64,000 nucleotides of DNA from Felis catus (lineage: Eukaryota), in NCBI RefSeq assembly GCF_018350175.1, contig NC_058368.1:72728001-72792000 (forward strand), read 5' to 3'. A program made the translations under genes and the position numbers. This document shows, in pieces, positions 1 to 12,766 of this stretch (position 1 is the stretch's first letter; every line of letters starts with the position of its first letter). The notes beneath the pieces were generated by a model. The model saw only the letters and a program-made list of their open reading frames with translations. It was not told the origin of the DNA and did not search any database.

Positions 1-159
1 TTTATATCTCTTTAAATGATAATTGACCATTTAGGCAAAAATCATAATGCAATGTGGGGTTTATAACGTGTAAAAGTGAAACATAAGATGGCAATAGTAT
101 AAATACCAGGAAAGGAAAATAGAAATATGCTACACACACTTAAATATATATCATACATG

Positions 160-293
160 CTATTAGAAAGGCCCCACATTTGGTTTAATGTTCTGCTGAT
201 ACCATCTTGAAATTATTAATAGCTTTTTTTTTTAACAATAGGCCTTGCATTTTCATTTCGCCCTGAGCTCCTTGAATGATATACCCTGTCCTG
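160..293 (+). mobile_element. MER91A-like non-autonomous hAT element (partial)
   Basis: TTGGTTTAATGTTCTGCTG..CCATCTTGAAATT..GCATTTTCATTT..CCTG resembles the recalled MER91A consensus. Confidence 0.65.
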
Positions 294-1141
294 GCCTTAG
301 ATACAACACCAAAAGCAAGATCCACTGAAGAAAACATTGATAAACTGAACTGTATAAAAATTCAAAAACTTCCACTCCAAAATAAACTGCTAAAAGACTT
401 TAGGACAAGTCACAGACTGGGTGAAAATATTTACATGGTTTGTGCCTCAATAAAGGCTTGTATCCACTAATATATAAAGACTTAAAACTCAATAATAAGA
501 TAACAAGATTCCAATAAATCAAGTGCACAAAACTATAGAGAATTTTATCAGAATATTTGCAGATGAAAACAAAGTTCATGAAAAGATGCACAACATCAGT
601 AGTCATTGGGGAAATGAAAATTAAAGCCATAGTGGGTTACAGTTACACATATTATAAGATTAAAATTCAAAAGAGTACCAGACAAATTGTTGGCAAGGAT
701 GTGGATAAACTGGAACTCACCTACACTAATGGGAGATATAGAAATTACTCCACTGACTTTAGAAAGCTGTTTGCAGATTCTTAAAATGTTCAACATAAAC
801 CTGCCTACATAATTCAGTCATTGCACTTGTAGATATTCACTCAATAGCAATAAAAGCTTATGTCCATTCAAACCATGTATGTGAATAGTTATTTGTAATT
901 ATTTGTAATAGCTCCAAACTGGAAACAACCCAAATGTCTATTTAACAGATGAATGGATTAAAAAAAAAAAACAACAACACCAAAAAACAAACAAAAAAAA
1001 CCCCTGTGGAATAGCCATACAATGGAATACCACTCAGCAAAAAAAAAAAAAAAAAGGAATGAGCGATTGATAAATGCAACAAAATGGATGGATGCCAAAA
1101 TAATTGTGTTGAATAAAAGTCATATAATAATAATAAAAAAT

Positions 1142-1324
1142 GGGGGCGCCTGGGTGGCTCAGTTGGTTGAGTGCCCAACTGTTGATTTTGGCTCAGGTTA
1201 TGATTCCAGGCTCATGGGGTCACCACGGGATGCGAGCCGGGCATGGAGCCTGCTTAAGATTCTCAGTCTCTCTCCCTCTGCCCCTCTCCCGCCTGTGCTA
1301 TCTCTCTTTCTCTGAAAAAAAAAA
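1142..1324 (+). mobile_element. Can-SINE (SINEC)
   Basis: GGGGCGCCTGGGTGGCTCAG head, CT-rich segment, A tail; no clear TSD. Confidence 0.92.
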
Positions 1325-1401
1325 TTAGGAGCACAAAGAGGCATAAGGAAATTTTGGGGTGATGGACATATTCATAATGTTGAGTGTGATTGTGGTTTCT
1401 T

Positions 1402-1620
1402 TTTTTTTCTTTTGTTTATTTATTTATTTTGAGAGAGACAGAGCATGAGCAGGGGAGGGGTTGAGAGAGAGAGGGAGAGTGGAAGAGAGGGAATCTCAAG
1501 CAGGTTCAGCACTGTCAGTTCAAAGCCTGACCTGGGACTCGAACTCACAAACGGTGAGGTCATAACGTGAGCCAAAACTAAGAGTCAGACACTCAACTGA
1601 CTGAGCCACCCAGGTGCCCC
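1402..1620 (-). mobile_element. Can-SINE (SINEC)
   Basis: Ends CTGAGCCACCCAGGTGCCCC; degenerate TSD 13/16 at 1386-1401 and 1621-1636. Confidence 0.93.
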
Positions 1621-1734
1621 ATGATTATAGTTTCTTATGTCAAACTCATAGAATTGTACACTTTAAATACGGAGAGATTATTTTACAACAATTACACCTT
1701 AGTAGAGCGATTAAAACAAAAAACAAAAAGATAA

Positions 1735-2015
1735 AAATATATATTAATAAGGATGAAAGAGATCTCAGGGTAAAGAATCTTACAGTGGATAAAGAGGGAT
1801 TATTTCATAATGATTAAGGAGTCAGTTCATTAAGAATACATTAAAAATCCTGAATGTTTATGCACGTACTGACAGTTTCAACTACATGAAGCAAAAATCA
1901 ATGTAACTTCAAGGAGAAACAAAAAAGTATAAAATTATAGTCAGAAATTTCAACTCTGTTCTCAAAAAATTATGCAACAAATACACAGAAAATCAGTAAG
2001 GATATAGAGGAAAAA
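1735..2015 (+). mobile_element. Ancient L1M endonuclease-region fragment
   Basis: GATAAAGAGGGATTATTTCATAATGATTAAGGAGTCAGTTCAT...AAATCCTGAATGTTTATGCAC resembles the L1 ORF2 5' region. Confidence 0.65.
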
Positions 2016-2798
2016 AGCCTAAGGCTTAGAGTGTTATGTGTGAAATTTAATATACTCTGTTAAATCACTACAAGGTATGATCCACTTCTCTGAGAAACTA
2101 GAAATGGGATTTCCTAAATGTAAGAAACCTGAAAACTAGTATTTGATTCATTCATAGAATTTTCACAGCCAGTCAGACCTATAGCAGGTTGTATGAATTT
2201 GCTTCCCAGCTGTGATCACATTATCTAAAATTGAGGATTAGCAGGACAAAAAGTATGGTGTTTAAGAATCAAGAGCATCTGTCAAAATTAAAGTATCTAA
2301 AGGCTTCCAGTGAAAGTTATGTTGCAAACAATATAAAGTGTTGCATTAACCATGTAAACAAGATTCACGTTAGATGCATAGTTTTCTTAGCTTTCTTAAG
2401 AGAAATTGTAGAGGAAGAAACTGGGACCTTCACATGAAAAAAAGTGTTTCTGTCTTTTGAGCACACATTTGCTTCAGGGTCTGGACGCACTTTCCTAAGT
2501 GTACTATGCCAAGAAAATAATCAGGACCATAGGTGAATTTACGAAAATAACCACATAACAAGGGCTGATCAATGCCTTCTCCAGAGCTGAGGCTCACACA
2601 TTTGAGAAATAGTATTTCAAAGCAGGTATAATCTCATTTTGCCTGTTCACTTCTAGGGCTACAGAGAGATCTCCACCCAATGATCAGAGCTGGCTGTAAT
2701 GAACTTGTTGAAAGTGGTACTGATAATCCCATAAGGCTGCTTCCGTTTAGGGATGGTACAGACATCTGAGCTCTCTTCCCTTCAAAGTTTCTGCTTCA

Positions 2799-3015
2799 GG
2801 AGCCTCTGGGTGGCTCAATCAGTTGAGCGTCCAACTTCGGCTCAGGTCCTGATCTCATGGTTTGTGGGTTGAGCCCCGTGTCAGGCTCTGTGCTGACAGC
2901 TCAGAGCCTGGAGCCTGCTTCAGAATCTGTGTCTCTCTCTTTCTTCCCTTCTGCTCATGCTTTCTCTCTCTGTCTCTGTCTCAAAAATAAATAAACATAA
3001 AATTTTTTTTAAAAA
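2799..3015 (+). mobile_element. Can-SINE (SINEC_Fc-like)
   Basis: GGCTCTGTGCTGACAGCTCAGAGCCTGGAGCCTGCTTC body; TSD TCTGCTTCAG at 2790-2799 and 3019-3028. Confidence 0.93.
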
Positions 3016-3754
3016 TTGTCTGCTTCAGACATTTGTCTTCCAGCTGCTTCTAGGAGGAGATGAGAGTCATAAACTCTTTTGTGAACCAAGGCTACTCCCT
3101 TCAGAACCTCTAAAGCAGCAGGGGAGGGAGGAGGAAGGAGAAGGTATTGAAAGGTACCTATTCATCACAATTGACATGGACACTTCCAACTAGGGAGGTA
3201 AAACATTTAAACCAAAGGTCATGAAAACAAAACAAAACAAAACAAAACTGGAAATCAATGTGGAAGTTCCATAAAGGATGATGCAGAATTTAGTCTTGGT
3301 TTTAGAGTTCAATTGTGATGAGGTATGTGTATGTTGAAAGCCGAAAACTTCTGCATAATTTATCAGGAAGTGGTGCCTCTTATCATTTTTATTTATTACA
3401 CTTAAATGACATTTCATAACAATTTCTTCAAAGAATCCTTAATGGTGCATCCATCATTGAAACTCCATATAGTATAGCTCCAGGAATAGATCGATTCATC
3501 TTGGAAAACAAGAGAAGAAATCCTCACCATGTTCTGTTTAAGTGCATTGCAAAAAGCCAAGATATTTAACTGGCTCGCTCAAACAACTACTCTGTTCCAG
3601 GCTCTCTGTTAGGAGCTGAGAGGAATTTACAGTCAAAGCAGATTGCTGTCCATTATTCCCAGCATCAGCAAGCCAACATATGAAGTGGGTCCTGAAATAA
3701 TGAGGCTGGGCAAACAGAAAGTTTCAACGCTAAATGTAACAGTAGAAAGAATGA

Positions 3755-3975
3755 CAGCTGTCATCTCCTGAGCCCATACTCTGGGCTGGAAACTACTCTA
3801 AGTGCTTCTTCCATATTGAGTCATGAATCCTACAGCAAACTTTTGAAGTAGGTGGCATTATTATCCTCACGTTACACATAAGCAGACTGAGGTTAAGAGG
3901 GGTATGTGCCTTGCCCAAGATAACACAAGAAGGGAATGATGGAGCTGGCATCAGAGCCTCTGGGGTCTGGCCTCC
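3755..3975 (-). mobile_element. MIR
   Basis: ATTATTATCCTCACGTTACACATAAGCAGACTGAGG..CTTGCCCAAGATAACACA, antisense MIR core. Confidence 0.75.
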
Positions 3976-6459
3976 TGCCTATCCGCATTCCATTGAGCCG
4001 GGCTTTGGCTGAGGACCCTAGTGTATTCAGAGCACCCAGAGGTCACAGTGATTCACTGAAAGCACACAATGAGAGCACTGACAGATTAGAGGACAATGAC
4101 TGACATGGCGGGCCCTGGCAAAACTGTATTAGAGAACATTTAATCTGAAGAAGGTGGAATTTCATTGTTTTCCAAAATTTATGGGGTTGTCACGGAGACA
4201 GATAGTGGATTATTTAGTCTTGCCCCGGATGACAGAAATAAACATAAGTAGAGTGACGTCAAGATTGAACTTATGTGAAGGTGGTGGTGTTATCTCTGTG
4301 ATAACTACTATGTTCCAGGGACCTAGAAGGGTGTCTGTCATATACTAGGCGCTCAATAAATAATGACTAACTGAATAAATGAATTAATAAGGGGGGAGAA
4401 ATGCAGCTGTCCAGTGAAAGAAAGAGTGAACTCTCCCACGAGGTCACGGCTTCCTCTGCACTGAAGCGTTCAAGAAGTGATTAGATGGTTATCTATCCAG
4501 GGAACTGGGGAAAGCATTGCTACTTCGCATGCCCTAATTTCAGGCCTGCTTTAAAAAAAAATTTATCTGAAGATACAAGACAAATATGAGAAAAGGACAA
4601 CTTTATTTTAAAAAGTGGAAGCCATCATCATGGGCAAAGGACCACTTTAGGACCATGGTCCCTCCCCTCGCACACAGGCACAAGAATGGCAAGCTTCACC
4701 CCTTTCCTCTCCTAGGGGGTTGGACTGCTCACAATTAGGAAGTGAGGCAGAGTGGACACCAGTGAGGAGACTGGAGTGAGGGGGGCTGGGGGACTATTTC
4801 TTACTAAGCTGTTAAAGGAAAACAGACAGATCTTGCTTATTAGAGCAAAGTTTAGAAGATGGAAATCTATAGCAGGTGAAAGATTGAGAATATGTTGATC
4901 TGTCATAAGGTGAACCATGGGGTGCTGAGCTGCAGGCAAGCCAGGCATATTTCTACAGGCGTGAGACCTTCTCAAGTCTGGGAGGAAATGTGCAGGAGAT
5001 TTTGTATTCAATTTAACTTTTTTTTTCAGGTTTCTTTAACTTTTACTTTAGTTCACAAATATAGTTGCATGGTTACAGCATGTTTACTCAATAACCAGTC
5101 CCATGATTTGGATACATTTTCAGGGTGCAGTGTAGGCAGGAGGAAGAGAAGTGGCGGCTGGGTGAGGATCTGATCCTCCCGCCCTCCCTACCCCTCCCCT
5201 CCTGAATGTACACTGAAGTCCTAAGCCTCAATTTTAAGTCCTTTGCTTAAATTGGATTTATGGTTTGTAGCTTTGGCATCAGATCCATATGTTTAACATC
5301 TAAAAGAGAAAAACAATGCTGAGAAAGGCACCACTCAGGGAGCCCTGCTCCTTTCAGTGTGTGAAGTTCCTCTTTGCCCAAAAGGCTTTCTGACCTGTAA
5401 CTGAGCCGGAATGGGCCCCTGAAAAAAGTCACAGTGTCCTAGAGAAGAGCCAGAGAGGCTGGTGTCGCTGAAACCTCAAAGGAGAACGAGATCTGGAAGG
5501 TCTGCAGTCACGCCTCAGTGAGGCTAGTTGCAGATGACAAATAGCACGAGCAAAAAAAACCTTTAAAACACTACAGTCAGAAACACCACTTAACCACGTC
5601 CATGCTCATGTCTGTTATTTGCTCTTTTCTTTGACAATATAACTTCTTAGGGAACAGAAATCCCAACATTTTTACTAATTTTTAAATCCTGGTTCAGTCC
5701 TTGAACACAGATGTATGGAAGCAGATTTAAAACTCCTCCTTCAATTCTAACTCCATACAAAAGCCTGAAATCCTAGTGGATTTTGGTTTGAAGGTGTTTT
5801 ATTTTTTAAGGAATTTACAACTTTATGTGGTCTTCAAGTTGGATAGGATAAAAAACAGATCAACAATAATAAAAGACTTAAGTGTTCATTCAGAGAATAC
5901 CACCAACCAAAGAAGAGGGACATCTTTTGTAATGAACTGAAACGTGTGGTATAGACATAACTACTAAGGGCTGGTTATTCTAGCCTAGGTGGTTAGCGGA
6001 AGGCCTTGGAGAGAGTGTGAGGTGGGAACAGAGTCACAGATGGCCAGGATGTGGAAGGTGGATTGAGAGAAGGGTTTTCCAGGTAATGGGAATATCCTCT
6101 TGGGGAAAATTATTTCTAAAGACATGTTGTTGGACAGGACGGGGTTAGAGGACTTTGGGATAATGGCACACCAGGGTGACCACAGTCTGCAGGCAGCTCT
6201 GGGACATATGAAACACAACCTGAACAGTTGGCACATTAAACAGTGCAGAGATAAGAAGGTGTTGTGTCTGGTTTTGCTTAATTGAGAAATGATCTATGTT
6301 GTGACATTTTAGAGAACATATTCAACTACAGACTACTACTCTACACACAATGAATCCTCAGTAAAATAAATTTTAAAAATGTAATGTGAGAAGTGCATTT
6401 GGTTTGGTTCTAGATTTCCAAATTCAAAATTCTAAGCTTTGCTGTAGAGAATGTTAGCA

Positions 6460-6506
6460 GTGTGTGTGTGTGTGTGTGTACACGCGCGTGCGTGTGTGCA
6501 CATGTA
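6460..6506. repeat. (TG)n/(CG) compound microsatellite
   Basis: 47 nt of alternating purine-pyrimidine. Confidence 0.9.
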
Positions 6507-7469
6507 ATAAAATTTAAAGACTGGTTTTGTTAAATGCTATGACTTTGGGTCTTTAGGTCATTCAAGATTGTTCCCACTGACATTTCTGCAGGGGATTAAT
6601 TTAAATAATACTTTAAGCAAGAATGCTCTTGCTTCCTGAAGACAGGCTATGTAATAAGATCATTAATAGAAAAGCAACAACAAAAAAGCCTTAAATTCTT
6701 ATCAGTATTTCTCTGAAATACTTGTAGCTAAACAAATTGCTGTAGTATCTCCCTAATCAACTCAAAAGCAGACAACTTTAAAAGGCCACATATTCTTTTT
6801 GAGATAACCTTCTGATGAAAGACAACAACAAAATACTTCTAAAAAGATATATTTCTACTTATGCACAATCGTGAGAAAGCTTCAAAGGGAATATCAATTA
6901 AAAACAAAGTTTAAGTATCATGATAATTGATTTAGTGTAAATACAGATGAGAAAAATCTGAGCTGCAATTTTCACCTCCCTGGATAGCTGTTGTCTTTAT
7001 TCATGTACTAAAATATTTGAAGAAATGAATTTGCTGTAAATTTTGTGCCACAACATCAGGACTGTAATATATCTTCTAGAGCTTAATATTTAAAGAAATT
7101 ATAAAATTATTCTATGTGACCAAATCTAATCATGGGATGCAGAAATAAAGAGACAAGACACAAAACTGAATACGTTTACAAAGCCACACTTGAAGAAATT
7201 CCTCCATTTCCATGCTGGGAAACAAACCATAAACACTGATCAAAAGCAAAATGTCAAAATGATGTTTCATCAGATAAAAGGGTAATAGAGCTTTACTATA
7301 TGCTTATCTGACCTAGAAATTTGAATGCACATTATCTATTTCAATCTTTAGCCCATAGTTTTTGGGGTACAGTGTATAACATGTATTACCCATGTTATAT
7401 ATGAAGAAAACTTGGATCTGAGAACATACATCATTTGCCTATTATTGTTCAGTTAGTAAGAGATGGCAT

Positions 7470-7491
7470 TTTTTTAAGTTTTATTTACTTA

Positions 7492-7531
<40 letters not shown>

Positions 7532-7650
7532 CAAGCAGGCTCCATGCTCAGCACAGAGCCCAAGATGGGGTTCGATCCCATGACCCTGGAAAATGATCTG
7601 AGCCAAATCAAAGGTCAGATGCTCAACTGACTGAGCCACCCAGGTGCCCC
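7470..7650 (-). mobile_element. Can-SINE (SINEC)
   Basis: (GA)n plus SINE body; TSD AGATGGCAT at 7461-7469 and 7652-7660. Confidence 0.93.
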
Positions 7651-10600
7651 AAGATGGCATCGGTTCTAAATCTGACATGTGTTGGGCTTTGAAAGTGCCT
7701 TTGCTTTGTGGTGCTGTTATGCTTACACATCCAAATGTTCATTATACACATATGTATTCAAACTAGCTCCAGTGCCTCTGCACCTGTCAAAATACTGCCC
7801 TGTATTAAGGCCTTGTCTGGACATCCCATTATGAAATGGTCTCTTTTCCTCCAAGGGGAGAAACAGTCTTTCTTTCCTTGGTTTGGATATTTTATGAAAC
7901 CATCCTTGTTGAGTCTTAAAACTCAATTTATTTATACAAAACAAGACAAAACATAGTTTCTCTATAGTGAAAGTGTTACAGTTAAGTTCTTTTTTTTATT
8001 ATTTACTTATTTTCCCAGTTAACTTCTGATATAAATCTTGACTTATGCCAAAGCCTGAACAAGGTAAGAAGTGTTTATGTGCAGATCCAAGCCTTTCTTG
8101 GGAGGAAGTTCTGGTGTTCTCGTTTCTGTCCTCACAAGCTCACATCTGTAGAATACCAAGAAGTTCCATTTGCAAAGATCACTTCCTGGCTCACCTGAGA
8201 AAACATTGATCTTGTGAAACAGACTAATTCCAACTTCTCTGGACTCCTTTATGAAAGCTTCATGTCTGCTTTGCTCTGCAGTGTACCAGGGAGAGCCATT
8301 TGGTGACTGCTGTTCATTTAAATCCCTCCATTAAAATGAGATCTGTAGTTCATAAGGTCATCCCAGAAAGACAAAGCTTTAAATAAAATTGGAACTAAAA
8401 AAAGAACCCTCAAATCTCAGAGAGGACAGAATAAAATAGGTTTATAACAATATGGGTTGTAACAATGCTCTACTCCCACACAGCCTACGTGCTGGAACAA
8501 AATGTTTCCCAGGCGGAGAAGAGGATTTATGCCTCTGTACATTCATGAAAGCAGACAAGATCAATGGGAACCCTGTAACCACCCTGGTGATGCCACACAC
8601 AGCAAAACATCCAGCCAGAAAGGCGCATGTGCTGCCGACAGCCCTCTGCTCAGATGTCTGCAGGACTGACTCCAGATAGTATGGGATTTGGGGTGGAGGG
8701 TAAAGCCTGGATTTGGGGCAAAGGTGGAGCCAGTTACCTTCTCTCCAGATTGGTGAGTTGGATAAGTGCCTAACCTTTCAAAGCCCATTTTCTCACCTGC
8801 ATGGACATGAGTGAGATCACGTCTACCCATCACAGTAGGACCACTAATGAGATCAGGTGTATATAGATTTGAGAACTATAGCTGGCATTTAGGAGAGATT
8901 AAATGGGGTTAAATTTCCCCCATCTTCTACCATTTATTGTCACTGCTCCTGTTATAGGAATTTAAATTGGAATACCTAATATCCAAGTCTTTGGTGAAAT
9001 TGGAAACAATAATACAGCAAGATAGGTAGTTCGTAGAGAGGCCATCTACCATCTCCTCTGCTCCTTTTCCCCCCACAGGACTCCTACCCCCCAGTCACCA
9101 TACTCTTGATGCCTGTACCCTCACAATACCCTTGTCCATCCCTCTGCTCCGCAATATGAAAAGTCACCTGATTCTAGATGCTCACCAAATGGTGCCCTGT
9201 CTCTGCATTCAGATAAGATCATCCCAGAGGAACTTTTCAGAGCTGCCTCTTTCCAGAAAGCTCCCTCCTGCTTAGAGATACCAGGATGCACCCTTGTCCC
9301 TCCCCACTCTCTGTGTTTCCACACAGAGGGCAAGTCTCATGTTCCGCTCTGTATCTGCCGACAGGGAATAGTAATGGTGATAGTAATGGTAGTAACTATA
9401 ATAATGATAACCATCATTTAGTCATTACTCAGTATGTGCCAAGCACAATACTCAGAATTGTATAAACATTACTTAACTACTTAACATGATCCTTAGAAAA
9501 CCATAAAAATCAATTATTATCACTCACATTTTATTTACTTAAATACATATGTATAATGTGAGACTTAAGCAGATAAGGAATTTGACAATGTTCAGATAGT
9601 ACTTTGTAAATCTAGGTTTTGATCCCTGTTTGCAAAGCTATTGGATGTAGTAGTAAATAATTATAGAGTTTTCATGTATTCCATGCCAGTCACAGAGCAA
9701 TCTTATGATCTAGACTTCCGGTGAAGGCAAAGGAGAGATGAGGGAGAAGATTCAGATGAGAGCTTTACATGTAAGCAAAGAGCACGAGAATGTGTATGTC
9801 ATAGGCAGAGACTGAGCCATAGACAAAGAAAAGTCATCCAGTCATTTGATAGAAGTTATAATGTCATTGTTAATTGTACCAATGGCTAAGGTTTAAGATA
9901 TCTAGAGTTTACAGAGCAGGCCAAAGAAAAGAAGGAAATGGACATCTCAACTGTCAATACAAAGATGCAAAAGAAACAGCTTCTGTTTTAGATTTATTTG
10001 CTTTTTAAAAAAATGTATCCTTATTCAAACTCATCACTTACCCCTAAGGAAAAGCACCATGTATTACAGAAATACTTTTGATATGGAGATTTCCATATCA
10101 GTTCTCTTCGTATATTCTTTAAAAAGTGTTTTAGAAACAAAGGAAAGTGGTCCTCACCCTAATTGTTTACCATTTACCCACATATATTATTTGGGCATCA
10201 GAATAGGCCTAGTAAAAGCTAATTAAGATCAAGACATTCTTAACTTGATAATTCCCTTAACAGCAGAGAGGAAGTGCTATGCTTTGCAATTACGTGGGCC
10301 ATTGAACACATGAAGTAAAAGGGATTAAACTTGTTATGACTCATGAACATGCCCCCAAATTACCCCAATCCCAGTGTTATCTGGTTTAAGGGAAAATGAA
10401 TTTGCAGAAAACAAAGAGGTACTTTGTCCTCGAATCCCTGAGATCTTCAACAACAAAATCTGCAGTTTGACAGTGCACTGGCCTGACCACAGTGCAGTGG
10501 GAAGAACTCTGGGGGCTCAGCCATTTGTTGCCTGTCTGGTGAAGTCATAAGTCATAGGCTCCCAAATCTCTCTGTGAAGTGGACATAAAAGTACTTGGCC

Positions 10601-11164
10601 AACCAACGTCACAGGATGCTATATGAATCTCACACATTATTTTAAAGAAGTAAGAAGCAAAATCACGAACTGAGGCTGAAATGGTGGGTAAGTGTCCAAA
10701 TCCTGAGAGGTGTAGCTAATTATGCCAAAAATGAGTTTTGTTCTGAGAATATGTAGTTCAATAAATTAAAGCAGGCAAGTGACAAGATCCTATGGAGATG
10801 CTTAAAGTGTTGCTCTGGTCACTAGACTGTCAGATGTGAGGCATGCAGTTAAAATACCATCCCTGTGGACCATGCCATAGGTGGCAGGGCCTTTTTCTGA
10901 AATGGCAGCAGCAGGACGGTGACAAATGCACAGATGTGAGAACTGTGGAGGAGGAAGAAATGATAGGATGAATTCTAACAGTGGCTTACTTTCTGCACTG
11001 GCTGCCTGCAGCTTAAAGCTGGGCTCTGCATCTTTTCCAATGTCTGTTTCCTGTTCACCGTCATCACCTCTCCAACCAGAATGTCCTTTCACAGGTGTTT
11101 CCTGGCCCCTGCACCCAGAGCCACATGAAGTCAGCTCGCCTTATGCTCTCACAATACCTTTTGG

Positions 11165-11235
11165 CCAAGTGCTGCATTGGCCAGTGTTACATTACATTGT
11201 TGCATTAACAGTGTTGCATTGACAGTGTTGCATTT
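11165..11235. repeat. Degenerate ~14-nt minisatellite, about 5 copies
   Basis: Unit close to CAGTGTTGCATTGA. Confidence 0.8.
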
Positions 11236-11263
11236 TGCCTACCTGTCTGTGGGATTGTCTTGC

Positions 11264-11716
11264 TCTGACTGACAGCATAACAGTTCCCCAAAGATGTCCA
11301 CATTCTATTCCCTGAAACTTGTGAACATGTTACCTTATATGGCAAAAGGCCCTTTGCATGAAGGGTTATGTTAAAAACCTCACCATAGTGAGATTACCCT
11401 GGATAATATAGGTGGGTCCAGTGTAATTACAAGGGTGTTTGTAAGAAAAGTAAAAGGGTGATATGACTATGGAATAATCATCAGACAGATGTAGTGTTGA
11501 GGACTTTGAGGCTGGAGGATGTTGGAAAAGGCAAAGAAATGGATCCTTCTCTAGAACATCCAGAAAGGAATGTAGCTCTACCGACACCTGGATGTTAGCC
11601 CTGTGAGACCCAGGTCAGAATTCTAACCTACAAAATCATCATGTAATACATTTGTGTTGTTTTAAGCCACAGAATTTGTGCTAATTTGTTATGGTAGTAA
11701 TACTAAGTGATGATAC
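11264..11716 (+). mobile_element. MaLR solo LTR (MLT1-type)
   Basis: CCCCAAAGATGTCCACATTCT..TGTTACCTTATATGGCAAAAGG..TTTGTGTTGTTTTAAGCCAC..AATTTGTTATGG. Confidence 0.85.
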
Positions 11717-11960
11717 TTGCACCAGACCGTTAGCATCTCAAGGGGAAGGACTACATCTTTGATCTCCTGAAGCATCCCATACATAGGCTCTTTGTGTTTG
11801 TGATATCACTTTCATTGAATACCACAGCCTCCCCCTACCTTTCCTGCCCTTTTAAAAATCATTTTCTCCCTTGTAGAGATATGGAAAAATAATTAAGGAA
11901 GTGTGTTGATAAACACAGTCTTTGCTTTCCTTTGCATTTGGAATGGCCTTGCAGCATTTT

Positions 11961-12180
11961 TTTTTCAACTTTTTTTTTATATTTATTTTTTTGGGGACGG
12001 AGAGAGACAGAGCATGAACGGGGGAGGGGCAGAGAGAGAGAGGGAGACACAGAATCGGAAACAGGCTCCAGGCTCTGAGCCATCAGCCCAGAGCCCGACG
12101 CGGGGCTCGAACTCACGGACCGCGAGATTGTGACCTGGCTGAAGTCGGACGCTTAACCTACTGCGCCACCCAGGCGCCCC
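11961..12180 (-). mobile_element. Young Can-SINE (SINEC_Fc-like)
   Basis: CpGs largely retained; perfect 17-nt TSD TGGCCTTGCAGCATTTT at 11944-11960 and 12181-12197. Confidence 0.96.
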
Positions 12181-12323
12181 TGGCCTTGCAGCATTTTAAA
12201 GGTGCTTTCACCTTTAAATCCTCAATGGAAGATTAATTAATTAATTAAATCCTCAATGGAGATTTACTATCTCCAGCTAAGAGTGGACTTTATCCACATT
12301 ATGATTAAAATAATGTACAAATA

Positions 12324-12503
12324 GGGGCACCTGGGTGACTCAGCATCTGATTTTGGCTCAGGTCATTCTCTCCTGATTCTTGAGTTTGGGCTTGCTGCTG
12401 TCAGTCTGTCAGCACAGAGCCTGCTTCAGATCCTCTGTCCCCCTCTTTCTGCTCCTCCCCTGCTTGTGCTCCCCCCAAAATAAATAAATAAATAAATAAA
12501 AAT
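12324..12503 (+). mobile_element. Can-SINE (SINEC)
   Basis: GGGGCACCTGGGTGACTCAG head, (AAAT)n tail; TSD AATAATGTACAAATAGGG at 12309-12326 and 12504-12521. Confidence 0.92.
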
Positions 12504-12590
12504 AATAATGTACAAATAGGGCAGAGAATGTAAAAAATGAAAACAGTTGTGTTGCATGAGAAAGTAAAGCTTTAAATTTGTTTTTGTGTG

Positions 12591-12766
12591 GGGGCCACCT
12601 GGGTGGCTCATTGGTTGAGCATCCAACTCCTGATTTCCGCTCAGGTCATGGTACCACTGGTCATGAGACTGAGCCCTGAGTAGGGCTCTGTGCTGACTGT
12701 GTGGAGCCTGCTTAGGATTCTTTCTCTCCCTCTCTCTCAAAATAAATAAATAAACATTAAAAAAAA
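12591..12766 (+). mobile_element. Can-SINE (SINEC)
   Basis: Head and tail present; TSD TAAATTTG(T/C)TTTTGTGTGG at 12573-12591 and 12767-12785. Confidence 0.92.

Larger units (their letters stand above)
295..1730 (+). mobile_element. Ancient L1M (L1MC-like) ORF2 end and 3' UTR, interrupted by two SINEs
   Basis: Decayed ORF2 C-terminus (MKRCTTSVVIGEMKIK; CCAAACTGGAAACAACCCAAATGTC; ATGGAATACCACTCAGC) and 3'-end motifs. Confidence 0.8.

Noticed and set aside
11165..11235. CRISPR-like repeat array
   Set aside because: Tandem units without unique spacers in mammalian DNA; no cas genes.
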